A stretch of DNA of 15,278 bases, taken from assembly GCA_036523795.1 (NCBI GenBank), contig DATDDN010000106.1:1-15278 (forward strand), in the 5' to 3' direction. Made by a program: the position numbers and the translations under genes. Of this stretch, positions 6,489 to 14,188 are shown in pieces; position 1 is the first letter of the stretch, and the number at the start of each line of letters is the position of its first letter. This DNA comes from Gallionellaceae bacterium. GTDB lineage: Bacteria > Pseudomonadota > Gammaproteobacteria > Burkholderiales > Gallionellaceae. The notes under the pieces were generated by a model. It had not been told where the DNA came from. It did no database searches and saw nothing but the letters and a program-made list of their open reading frames with translations.

Positions 6489-7316
6489 ATGCAACACAAC
6501 AAGCCCGCCATACTGAGTGCGCACCCCATCGCACCCGAGGTGCGACAGCGAGTCATGCAGGCACTCGACGACATCGAGGCCAGGCACGACGTGCAAGTGC
6601 TGTTCGCTTGCGAATCCGGCAGCCGCGGCTGGGGTTTCGCCTCGCCGGACAGCGACTACGATGTGCGCTTCGTATACACGCACCGGCTGCCCTGGTATTT
6701 GAACGTGGAGCCGCAGCGCGATGTGATCGAACTGCCGATCAGCGACGAGCTGGACGTGAGCGGCTGGGAGCTGCGCAAAGCCTTGCGGCTGCTGCGCAGA
6801 TCCAATCCGACCCTGCTGGAATGGCTGGACTCGCCCGTGGTCTATCGCGAGAATCCGGCCGCAGCGGCACGCATGCGTACGCTCGCGCCGGATTTCTTTT
6901 CCAGGCTCAGCGTGCGCTACCACTATCTGGCGATGGCGAAGAAGAACTTTCGCGGCTATCTGCAGGGAGAGTCGGTGCGTCTGAAGAAATACCTGTATGT
7001 ATTGCGGCCCCTGCTCGCAGTGCGCTGGATAGACCGTGGCGGCGGAATGCCGCCCATGCGCTTTGCCGAGCTGGCGGATGCCATGCTTGATGACCTGCCC
7101 CTGCTGGGCGAGATCAATCGGCTGCTCGCCATCAAGATGCAGGCCAACGAGGCGGAATACAGCCCGCGCTGGCCGCTGGTGCACGCATTTATCGTCAGCG
7201 AACTGGAAAAGGTCGAGCGGCAGCTTGACTACAAAAAACCCGTGGGTGACTCGGGCGCGCTGGACCGATTTCTGGCGGATACCGTGCTGTCCTTCACGGC
7301 ACAGCAACTGATTTGA
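6489..7316 (+). CDS. Pol-beta-superfamily nucleotidyltransferase (GS…DxD minimal NTase; from memory it resembles the RtcB-linked RlaP/PF10127-type family)
   Basis: 275 aa. Motif FACESGSRGWGFASPDSDYDVRFVY is the GS-X9-13-DxD nucleotidyltransferase signature. RBS AGGAGAAGG. It lies between rtcB (stop 6469) and rtcA (start 7328) with 19 and 11 nt spacers, so it is an operon member. Confidence 0.85.
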   Translation: MQHNKPAILSAHPIAPEVRQRVMQALDDIEARHDVQVLFACESGSRGWGFASPDSDYDVRFVYTHRLPWYLNVEPQRDVIELPISDELDVSGWELRKALRLLRRSNPTLLEWLDSPVVYRENPAAAARMRTLAPDFFSRLSVRYHYLAMAKKNFRGYLQGESVRLKKYLYVLRPLLAVRWIDRGGGMPPMRFAELADAMLDDLPLLGEINRLLAIKMQANEAEYSPRWPLVHAFIVSELEKVERQLDYKKPVGDSGALDRFLADTVLSFTAQQLI

Positions 7317-7327
7317 GGTAACAAGAA

Positions 7328-8341
7328 ATGAAATTTCTGCTTCTCGATGGCGCCCACGGTGAAGGGGGCGGCCAGATCCTGCGCAGCGCGCTCACGCTTT
7401 CGATGATCACCGGACAGCCGTTCCGCATCGAGCGCATTCGCGCCGGGCGCAACAAGCCTGGCCTGTTGCGCCAGCACCTGACCGCAGTCAATGCTGCCGC
7501 CAGCATCTGCTCTGCAAGGGTCGGCGGCAATGCTGCCGGTTCGCAAACGCTGGAATTCATTCCCGGCCGCGTCAAGGGCGGGGATTACCGGTTTGACATC
7601 GGCACCGCCGGCAGTTGCACCTTGGTGCTGCAGACCGTGCTGCCCGCCTTGTGGTTTGCCGATCAGCCCAGCAGCCTGACCGTCAGCGGCGGCACGCACA
7701 ACGCTGCCGCGCCGCCGGCTGATTTTCTGATGCGCACCTGGCTGCCCGCGATGCAGCGCATGGGCGTCGACACGCATCTCGAGCTGCTGCGGCACGGCTT
7801 CTATCCGGCCGGAGGTGGCGCGGTACGCGCCAGCGTGCGTCCGCTAGCCGCCCTGCAGCCCTTGCACATGACGGAGCCCGGCCGCTCGGCTTCGGTACAG
7901 GCCATCGCCATAGTCGCCGCGTTGCCGGGCGATATTGCACGGCGCGAACTGACACGCCTGCGGCATCATTTCCCGGAGGCTGCGGAAGAAATGCGCGTGC
8001 TCGATGCCCGCGAAGGCCCGGGCAATGTGGTCATGCTCGAAGTGGCGCGCGACAATCACCGCGAGATTTTCAGTGCCTTCGGCGAGCGTGGCGTGAAGGC
8101 CGAGCTGGTCGCCGAACGCGCGGCCGGAGAGGCGCTACGCTACCTGGCCAGCAGGGCCTGCGTCAGCGAGCACCTGGCCGACCAGCTGGTGCTGCCCCTC
8201 GCACTGGCGGGTGGCGGCAGCTTTACGACCACGACGGTGTCGTCGCACCTTGCCAGCAACATGCAGGTCCTCCAGAAGTTCCTGCCGGTCGGGTTTGAGA
8301 TAACGCAGAACGGGGATATCCCGCAGATCGTTGTGCGATAA
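7328..8341 (+). CDS. rtcA: RNA 3'-terminal phosphate cyclase RtcA
   Basis: 337 aa. LDGAHGEGGGQILRSALTLSMITGQPFRIERIRAGRNKPGLLRQHLTAV… and GSCTLVLQTVLPALWFAD…LLRHGFYPAGGG…ADQLVLPLALAGGG are collinear with E. coli RtcA. Confidence 0.94.
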   Translation: MKFLLLDGAHGEGGGQILRSALTLSMITGQPFRIERIRAGRNKPGLLRQHLTAVNAAASICSARVGGNAAGSQTLEFIPGRVKGGDYRFDIGTAGSCTLVLQTVLPALWFADQPSSLTVSGGTHNAAAPPADFLMRTWLPAMQRMGVDTHLELLRHGFYPAGGGAVRASVRPLAALQPLHMTEPGRSASVQAIAIVAALPGDIARRELTRLRHHFPEAAEEMRVLDAREGPGNVVMLEVARDNHREIFSAFGERGVKAELVAERAAGEALRYLASRACVSEHLADQLVLPLALAGGGSFTTTTVSSHLASNMQVLQKFLPVGFEITQNGDIPQIVVR

Positions 8342-8515
8342 TTTGTCAGCCGTTTCCCCTGCTTCCAGTAGGGGATCTTCCCCAGGTTCACCCTCGCAAA
8401 TACCCCCTTCGGGGCATGGCCATCTACCACCAAGGTAAGCCACACCGAATGCCCGCGCAGTCTTATACTTGCAACTGAACTTTGCGGTTCTTTCGCTTAC
8501 TAACTGTCCGTGACC

Positions 8516-9631
8516 ATGTCCGAAAAGCTCATCCACATCGTCGATCACCGTCCCGGCATCCGCATGCCGCGGCTGGCTGGCGCGCTGGAGCAGCCCAGCG
8601 GTTCACTGCGCGACAGCCGTGGCCGCCTGCTGCAGGACCTGCGCATCTCGCTCACCGACCGCTGCAACTTCCGTTGCGTGTACTGCATGCCGAAGGAAAC
8701 CTTCGACAAGGATCACGTGTTCCTGCCGCGCAGCTCGCTGCTCAGCTTCGAAGAGATCGAGCGCATCGCGCGCATCTTCGTGGCGCATGGCGTGCACAAG
8801 ATCCGCCTCACCGGCGGCGAGCCGCTGCTGCGCAAGCACATCGAACAGCTGATTGAGCGCCTGGCACAACTGCGCACCCCGGACGGCCTGCCGCTCGACC
8901 TTACCCTCACCACCAATGGCTCACTGCTGGCGAAGAAGGCACGTGCCTTGAAAGACGCCGGGCTGAGCCGTGTCACCGTGTCGCTCGACTCGCTCGACGA
9001 CACCATCTTCCGCCGCATGAACGACGTCGACTTCCCCGTGTCGGAAGTGCTGCATGGCCTGGAAGCCGCGCACGAAGCCGGCCTCGGCCCGATCAAGGTG
9101 AACATGGTGGTGAAGGGCGGCATGAACGACCAGGAGATCGTGCCGATGGCGCGCTACTTCAAGGGCTCGCCGTTCATCCTGCGCTTCATCGAATACATGG
9201 ACGTCGGCACTTCCAACGGCTGGAAGATGGATGAGGTGATTCCCTCCGCCGAAGTGGTGCGCCGCATCCACGCCGAACTGCCGCTGGAAAAACTTGACCC
9301 CAACCAGCCCAGCGAAACCGCCGCGCGCTGGCGCTATGCCGATGGCTCCGGCGAGATCGGCGTCATCTCCAGCGTGACCCAGAGCTTCTGCCACGAATGC
9401 ACCCGAGCCCGCCTCTCCACCGAAGGTGTGTTGTACCACTGCCTGTTTGCCAGCGAAGGCCATGACCTGCGCGCCCTGCTGCGCGACGGCAGCAGCGACG
9501 AGGCCATCTCCAGCATCATCGCCCAGCTGTGGCGCGCGCGCAGCGACCGCTATTCCGAACTGCGCAGCCAGCAGACCGAGTACGCCGCACCCGAGCGCAA
9601 GCGGGTGGAGATGTCGTATATCGGTGGCTAA
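8516..9631 (+). CDS. moaA: GTP 3',8-cyclase MoaA (radical-SAM, molybdenum cofactor biosynthesis)
   Basis: The [10 protein letters not shown] radical-SAM cluster motif, …LTGGEPLL…, and the C-terminal [21 protein letters not shown]…MSYIGG match E. coli MoaA. An alternative in-frame GTG start at 8510 (MTMSEK) is possible. Confidence 0.93.
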   Translation: MSEKLIHIVDHRPGIRMPRLAGALEQPSGSLRDSRGRLLQDLRISLTDRCNFRCVYCMPKETFDKDHVFLPRSSLLSFEEIERIARIFVAHGVHKIRLTGGEPLLRKHIEQLIERLAQLRTPDGLPLDLTLTTNGSLLAKKARALKDAGLSRVTVSLDSLDDTIFRRMNDVDFPVSEVLHGLEAAHEAGLGPIKVNMVVKGGMNDQEIVPMARYFKGSPFILRFIEYMDVGTSNGWKMDEVIPSAEVVRRIHAELPLEKLDPNQPSETAARWRYADGSGEIGVISSVTQSFCHECTRARLSTEGVLYHCLFASEGHDLRALLRDGSSDEAISSIIAQLWRARSDRYSELRSQQTEYAAPERKRVEMSYIGG

Positions 9632-9799
9632 CCCCTCCACCAGCCATTTCCCGCTCTAGTTACAAGCAGCAGCCTTCATCGCATGGCGTATACTCGGCTG
9701 ATTTCTCGATTGATAATTCGAGCCTGGCCCCTTTGATTCACTAGACTCTCTTCGGCTGGCAACTTATAGATTTTTTGACCAACGGTCGCAGAGGTAGAA

Positions 9800-10036
9800 A
9801 TGCAGGCCAAGAAAAATAAAATTTACGCAACAAGTAAGAGAGTTAAATCCGCGCTCGTTGGCATAACCAAACATATGATGCTCAATTATATTTTGTTTAA
9901 TTATGTTGATAAGAATAAATGGGTTGATGAGCTGAAAGCGTCTTTTGGAGTTCCATTTGTCGACAATCGAACAGATTTCAACTACTCGAAGTGTTTTTTT
10001 ACTGCATTAATCAAAGAGGCCTTGAACTTGGTTTAA
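9800..10036 (+). CDS. Hypothetical protein, 5' part of a low-GC gene that appears split by a -1 frame change at a T7 run
   Basis: ATG with RBS GAGGTAGAA. GC content drops sharply (about 35% vs about 65% in the surroundings). The ORF ends 36 nt after the run TTTTTTT (9994-10000). The downstream ORF continues in the -1 frame from the same run. Confidence 0.4.
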   Translation: MQAKKNKIYATSKRVKSALVGITKHMMLNYILFNYVDKNKWVDELKASFGVPFVDNRTDFNYSKCFFTALIKEALNLV

Positions 10037-10392
10037 CTTCTAGCCAGTTTTATGAGTACTTGCAGGAGCACGGGATATTGGATCGCGTGTTTATACAAAT
10101 TTCTACACTTGCTCCATTTGTAACCTATGAATACATGCAATATCAATTTATAAAAAACGATGCGCCTGGAATACATAAGAACCGACAAATTCATTTAAAG
10201 AGAAATCCTAGCCCTAACAATGAATTCAAAAAATTCGTTGAGTCCGGGATGCAGAAATTTTGCGAGGATAACGAACTCTATATTCTCGAAGATCAGGATT
10301 TGCGCATGAGAGTTGAAGGGGTATCGTTAGAGTTGTCAAAAGATCAAGCGACAGTTTTCAATTTTTTCTTTGACGACGAGAGCAAGGAATAG
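9991..10392 (+). CDS. Hypothetical protein, 3' part of the same low-GC gene (-1 frame relative to 9800..10036)
   Basis: Open frame of 133 aa with no recognisable motif. Its in-frame start codon is only a GTG inside the T-run, so the 3' part is more plausibly read by frameshift from the upstream ORF than started independently. Confidence 0.4.
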   Translation: MFFYCINQRGLELGLTSSQFYEYLQEHGILDRVFIQISTLAPFVTYEYMQYQFIKNDAPGIHKNRQIHLKRNPSPNNEFKKFVESGMQKFCEDNELYILEDQDLRMRVEGVSLELSKDQATVFNFFFDDESKE

Positions 10393-10517
10393 TTGTCGGC
10401 ACAATTGGAACCTACCTTGCGTTGTGCGTGTAAAGGTGCTGAATCTCCAACGCCCAATTTCAATGGACCGGATTAGAGGGTCGAATCTGCGCCAATCAGC
10501 ATAGTGTGCGCATTAAC

Positions 10518-10805
10518 CTAGAAATCCAACGGGTCCACATCCAGCGACCAGCGCAGCTTCCACGCACGCAGGAACTGCTGCAATGACTTGCGCGTGGCGG
10601 CGGGCACCACGCCGTACACTTCCACTTCACCCTGCACCGCCGTGGCAGCCGCATGCGCCTGCTGCGTGAAGGCATACACCTCGCCTTCGTTCTTGACCTC
10701 TGCCCGCAACAGCGCCTGGAGCACGAACGGAGGGAAGCCGGCCTGTTCGCGCTCGGCCAGCAGGGTGCGCGCCCAGGCCTCATAGTCGTGGACGATCAGC
10801 GCGCG
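10518..10805. repeat. Diverged direct repeat, copy A, of the priA 3'-terminal 369 bp (partner at 11890-12258)
   Basis: Manual alignment. Homology begins exactly at the stop codon and ends near 10805 / 12258. Copy A lacks 30 nt and 51 nt; the second deletion is bounded by TGGCGGC direct repeats. Confidence 0.7.
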
Positions 10806-10895
10806 GCCGTCAGGCGGAAAGAAGCTACGCAGCCAAAAATGGATCCTAAATTGGGTGGACACCTGGCGTACTCTCATGACAACTAGCCCAGCCAT
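10518..10895 (-). pseudogene. Relic of the priA 3' end: a novel 31-aa N-terminus fused to a shortened copy of the last ~94 codons of PriA
   Basis: Translation …ALIVHDYEAWARTLLAEREQAGFPPFVLQALLRAEVKNEGEVYAF…LRWSLDVDPLDF parallels the PriA C-terminus encoded at 11890-12258. Two in-frame deletions (30 and 51 nt), about 9% substitutions, and TAG vs TAA stop. A strong terminator sits immediately upstream of its ATG, so independent expression is unlikely. Confidence 0.6.
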
Positions 10896-10899
10896 CCGT

Positions 10900-10934
10900 A
10901 AAAAAGCAGAACCCGGAACACGGGTTCTGCTTTT
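10900..10934. terminator. Bidirectional rho-independent terminator: A6 - GCAGAACCCG-gaaca-CGGGTTCTGC - T4
   Basis: Perfect 10-bp GC-rich stem with a 5-nt loop, flanked by an A-run on the left and a T-run on the right. About 100 nt downstream of the stop of the minus-strand gene 11031-11651. Confidence 0.7.
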
Positions 10935-11030
10935 ACTCCTGCTGCTTCAGGTTTGAACTCGGGCTGTCACACAGCCTGTGTCCTCCAATCATCTGATGAG
11001 GTCAAAACCCCGTCAAATGACAAACCTTTA

Positions 11031-11651
11031 CTATTTCGCGTTGGCTACGGTATATGTGCCCACGCCGCCATGACCTGTGCCATAGGCAACAATCTTGACT
11101 GGCTGCGTAAAGCCGCCGCCCGACAATACAGTGCCAATTTCAAGGTGGCCAGACGCAATTGCCGTTACAGTCAGTGTGTTGCCAGACAGCGTGCCGGTCA
11201 TCACCAATTTGTTACCGTTATCGCCGTTATTTTCATGGTCCTTTTCTAACCCCTTCTTCTTGCCGTTATCCATTCCATTCTTCTTGCCGCGACCTTGTTG
11301 GTCTTCGTCAATGGAGCCAGTGATAGCCGTCGACGTCGGTACCGGGGCTGGGGCAGCCACTGGGACCGGATCTGGTGCAACTACTGGAGCTGGCGCAACT
11401 GCCGCAGTAGTACTTGTGGTTGTAGTTGGAGCAGTTGCAGTAGTTGTGGTTGGAGCAGTGGTAGTAGTTGTGATTGTGGTTGTGGTTGTAGGCGGACACA
11501 GCACAACTCCTGGCGGAAGAATCATGCCGGGGGGAAGGGTCGTGGTCCCGGGCGGCAGAGGAAAGCACGACAGTGTCTGTGCAGCCACAATTGGAGAGTT
11601 CGACAGCACAGCCAGGAATGCGGTGGCAACTGCGTACTTAGCGATTTTCAT
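11031..11651 (-). CDS. Secreted hypothetical protein with a signal peptide, a Thr/Pro/Ala-rich mucin-like low-complexity linker, a Lys/Asn/Gly-rich charged segment and a small C-terminal Gly-rich domain
   Basis: RBS AAGGAG 7 nt before the ATG. N-terminus [26 protein letters not shown] looks like a Sec signal with an AxA-type cleavage site. T5-T6 runs ([28 protein letters not shown]) are encoded by imperfect tandem nucleotide repeats. A terminator follows the stop. Confidence 0.7.
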   Translation of the reverse strand: MKIAKYAVATAFLAVLSNSPIVAAQTLSCFPLPPGTTTLPPGMILPPGVVLCPPTTTTTITTTTTAPTTTTATAPTTTTSTTAAVAPAPVVAPDPVPVAAPAPVPTSTAITGSIDEDQQGRGKKNGMDNGKKKGLEKDHENNGDNGNKLVMTGTLSGNTLTVTAIASGHLEIGTVLSGGGFTQPVKIVAYGTGHGGVGTYTVANAK

Positions 11652-11831
11652 ATTAACTCCTTATTCAAAATTTAATACAGCAAACAGGTGCGACTTCTTC
11701 CTGACTGAATGATGACTCAGGATAAATGTCTAGTGCAATGCCCATTGGATAGCCGGGGTTCCTAACATGACCAGCGGCCACTCTTCTGCATCAACGGTTA
11801 TCTATTTACGACGAACGGCGCCACAAGCACT

Positions 11832-11843
11832 TGACAATTGTCA
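11832..11843. promoter_or_regulatory. Perfect 12-bp palindrome TGACAATTGTCA (overlapping a TTGACA hexamer) upstream of the secreted-protein gene and just past the priA stop
   Basis: Seen directly. It is a 5-2-5 inverted repeat about 190 nt upstream of the ATG at 11651, a candidate operator for an unknown dimeric regulator. It does not match the LexA, CRP or FNR consensus. Confidence 0.25.
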
Positions 11844-11889
11844 CCTCATGATGGATTTCGGCTCAGTTGGCTGATCACCTTGTCGGCCT

Positions 11890-12258
11890 TTAGAAATCCA
11901 GCGGGTCCACATCCAGCGACCAGCGCAGTTTCTGCGCCGGCAGCGCATCCAGCTGCGGCTTCCAGGCGCGCAGGAACTGCTGCAGCGCCTTGCGCGTGGC
12001 GGCCTGCACCAGCAGCTGCACCAGGTAGTGGTTGGCGCGCTTGGGCATGGCGGCGGGCACCACGCCGTACACTTCCACTTCGCCCTGCACGGCCGTGGCG
12101 GCCGCATGTGCCTGCTGCATAAAGGCGTACACCTCGCCTTCGTTCTTGCCCTCTGCCCGCAACAGTGCCTGGAACACGAACGGCGGGAAACCGGCCTGTT
12201 CGCGCTCGGCCAGCAGGGTGCGCGCCCAGGCTTCGTAGTCGTGCGCGATCAGCGCGCG
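11890..12258. repeat. Direct repeat copy B, the intact 3' end of priA (partner at 10518-10805)
   Basis: See copy A. This copy is contiguous with full-length priA. Confidence 0.7.
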
Positions 12259-14094
12259 GAACAGGGGATGCTCGGGAAAGGCGGTCTGCACCAGCACTTC
12301 GCCCGGCTTGTCGGCACGGCCGGCGCGACCGGCCACCTGTGACAGCTGGGCGAACAGTTTTTCCGAGGCGCGAAAGTCGCTGCTGTACAGCGCGCTATCC
12401 GGGTTGAGCACGCCCACCAGGGTGAGGTTCGGAAAGTCGTGACCCTTGGCCAGCATCTGGGTGCCCACCAGGATGTCCACCGCATCATCCTGGATCTTCT
12501 TGCGCATGGCGGCCCAGCTGCCCTTGTTGCGCGTGCTGTCGCGATCCACCCGCAGGATTCTGGCCTCAGGGAAGTGTGCCTGCAGCGCCGCCTCGATGCG
12601 CTGGGTGCCGATGCCGACCGGCTGCAGGTCGGTGTTGCCGCAGGAGGGACAGGCGTGCGGCACGCGCTGCTGATGGCCGCAGTGGTGGCAGCGCAGGCGG
12701 CGGTCCCTCAGGTGCAACACCAGCTTGCCCGCGCAATGGGGGCAGCCGGACAGCCAGCCGCAGGCGGTGCACATCAGCACCGGCGCATGGCCGCGGCGGT
12801 TGATGAACACCAGGCTTTGTTCCTTGCGCTGCAGGCGCTCACCCAGGGCGGCGAGCAGGGCCGGCGTCATGCCTTCGTGCAGCGGCACGGTGGTGGTGTT
12901 GAGGCAGCGCACCTCGGGCAGGCGCGCCTGCTGGTTGGCGCGCTGGCGCAGCGGCAGCAGGGTGTAGCGCCCGCTGTGCGCGTTGTGCCAGCTTTCCAGC
13001 GAGGGGGTGGCCGAGCCGAGCACGATGGGGACCGATCTTTGATTCGCTCGGAAGATGGCCACGTCGCGCGCCGAATAGCGCAGGCCGTCCTGCTGCTTGA
13101 ACGAGGCATCATGCTCTTCGTCCACGATGATCAGGCCCAGCTCGGGTAGCGGAGTGAATACTGACAGGCGGGTGCCCAGCACGATGCGCGCCTGCCCCGA
13201 CTGCGCGCGCAACCAGTTCTGTGTGCGCTCACCCTCGCTGAGGCCGCTGTGCAGGCTGACCAGCTCGGTCTGCGGGAAGCGGCTCTGGAAGTAATGCTCC
13301 AGCTGCGGGGTGAGGTTGATCTCAGGCACCAGCAGCAGCACTTGGCCACTGCGCTGCAGGAAGTGGTGCATCAGGTGCACGTAGACTTCGGTCTTGCCGC
13401 TGCCGGTGATGCCGTACAGCAGGAAGCTGGCATAGCCTGCGGAGCGGGTGACGGGGTCGACCGCCTGTTGCTGTTCGTCGGTGAGGGTGTGGGCGTTTTC
13501 AAACGCGACTTGGGTGAGTTCGCCCGCTGCCTTGGCATGCTCAGGCGACGATGTTGGCGCACACTCCCGAGCCCAACCGGTTTCCAGCAATGCCTTCAGT
13601 GTGGCCATCGCACTGGGCGAGAGCGCACGCACCTGCTGCGCGCCCAGCGGGCCGGCCTGCAGGGCCGCCAGGATGCGGTGCTGGACCACCTTGCGCTTGG
13701 GCAGCTGCGCCAGATCGAGCGCGCGTCCTGCTTCACTCAGTTCATAAGTCAGCGCCCGCTTCAGCGTGACAGGCTCGCCGCTGCGCACGCGCGCAGGCAG
13801 CGCGGCAAGTACGGTCATACCGAGTGGATGCTGGTAATAGTCGCTACAGAAGCGCAGCAGCTTGAGCAGGTCGGCGGGCAACGGCGGCACGTCGTCCAGC
13901 ACTTGCTGCACCGCTTTGATGCGCTCGGCGGGAACATCGGTTTCACTCAGGCACTCAAGCACCACGCCGACCATCTGCTGGCGGCCGAACGGCACCAGCA
14001 CGCGTTGCCCCACCACTGCAGTGAAATTTTCCGGCAGAAAATAATCAAACAGTGTTGACAGCGGCACGTCGAGTGCAACGCGAACAAAATTCAT
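11890..14094 (-). CDS. priA: Primosomal protein N' (replication-restart helicase PriA)
   Basis: 734 aa. N-terminus MNFVRVALDVPLSTLFDYFLPE (E. coli [22 protein letters not shown]). Walker A GITGSGKTEVY, DEEHD, the Cys-rich Zn-binding region CTACGWLSGCPHCAGKL…CHHCGHQQRVPHACPSCG, and a C-terminal …LDVDPLDF. Confidence 0.95.
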   Translation of the reverse strand: MNFVRVALDVPLSTLFDYFLPENFTAVVGQRVLVPFGRQQMVGVVLECLSETDVPAERIKAVQQVLDDVPPLPADLLKLLRFCSDYYQHPLGMTVLAALPARVRSGEPVTLKRALTYELSEAGRALDLAQLPKRKVVQHRILAALQAGPLGAQQVRALSPSAMATLKALLETGWARECAPTSSPEHAKAAGELTQVAFENAHTLTDEQQQAVDPVTRSAGYASFLLYGITGSGKTEVYVHLMHHFLQRSGQVLLLVPEINLTPQLEHYFQSRFPQTELVSLHSGLSEGERTQNWLRAQSGQARIVLGTRLSVFTPLPELGLIIVDEEHDASFKQQDGLRYSARDVAIFRANQRSVPIVLGSATPSLESWHNAHSGRYTLLPLRQRANQQARLPEVRCLNTTTVPLHEGMTPALLAALGERLQRKEQSLVFINRRGHAPVLMCTACGWLSGCPHCAGKLVLHLRDRRLRCHHCGHQQRVPHACPSCGNTDLQPVGIGTQRIEAALQAHFPEARILRVDRDSTRNKGSWAAMRKKIQDDAVDILVGTQMLAKGHDFPNLTLVGVLNPDSALYSSDFRASEKLFAQLSQVAGRAGRADKPGEVLVQTAFPEHPLFRALIAHDYEAWARTLLAEREQAGFPPFVFQALLRAEGKNEGEVYAFMQQAHAAATAVQGEVEVYGVVPAAMPKRANHYLVQLLVQAATRKALQQFLRAWKPQLDALPAQKLRWSLDVDPLDF

Positions 14095-14179
14095 TTTGCT
14101 AAATTTTTTTCCGGTGATTTCTTCATTATTCAGCCGACGCTGTTGACTGAATTGGAGTTTTTATCTTACCCACACAATC

Positions 14180-14188
14180 TGTGGATAA
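14180..14188 (-). promoter_or_regulatory. Consensus DnaA box TTATCCACA (minus-strand orientation) in the priA upstream region
   Basis: The + strand reads TGTGGATAA at 14180-14188, a perfect 9-mer about 90 nt upstream of the priA start. A single box, so regulatory significance is uncertain. Confidence 0.3.

Noticed and set aside
5165-7795. Long minus-strand ORFs (5165..5884, 5933..6436, 6297..7307, 7229..7795) antisense to rtcB, the NTase and rtcA
   Set aside because: They overlap genes with strong, full-length homology on the + strand. High-GC antisense frames are commonly open. No RBS or motifs.
8135-8548. 137-aa minus-strand ORF spanning the rtcA 3' end and the moaA leader
   Set aside because: Overlaps rtcA and the moaA start, with no recognisable domain. 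Spurious.
8921-9640. 239-aa minus-strand ORF antisense to moaA
   Set aside because: Antisense artefact. moaA homology on the + strand is unambiguous.
11095-11712. 205-aa + strand ORF opposite the Thr/Pro-rich gene
   Set aside because: The minus-strand frame has an AAGGAG RBS, a convincing signal peptide and a downstream terminator. The + frame is a translation of the same repeats (Val/Gly/Ala-rich) with no start context.
12439-14058. Large + strand ORFs (12439..13149, 13249..14058) antisense to priA
   Set aside because: Antisense to full-length PriA. Typical GC-rich open frames.
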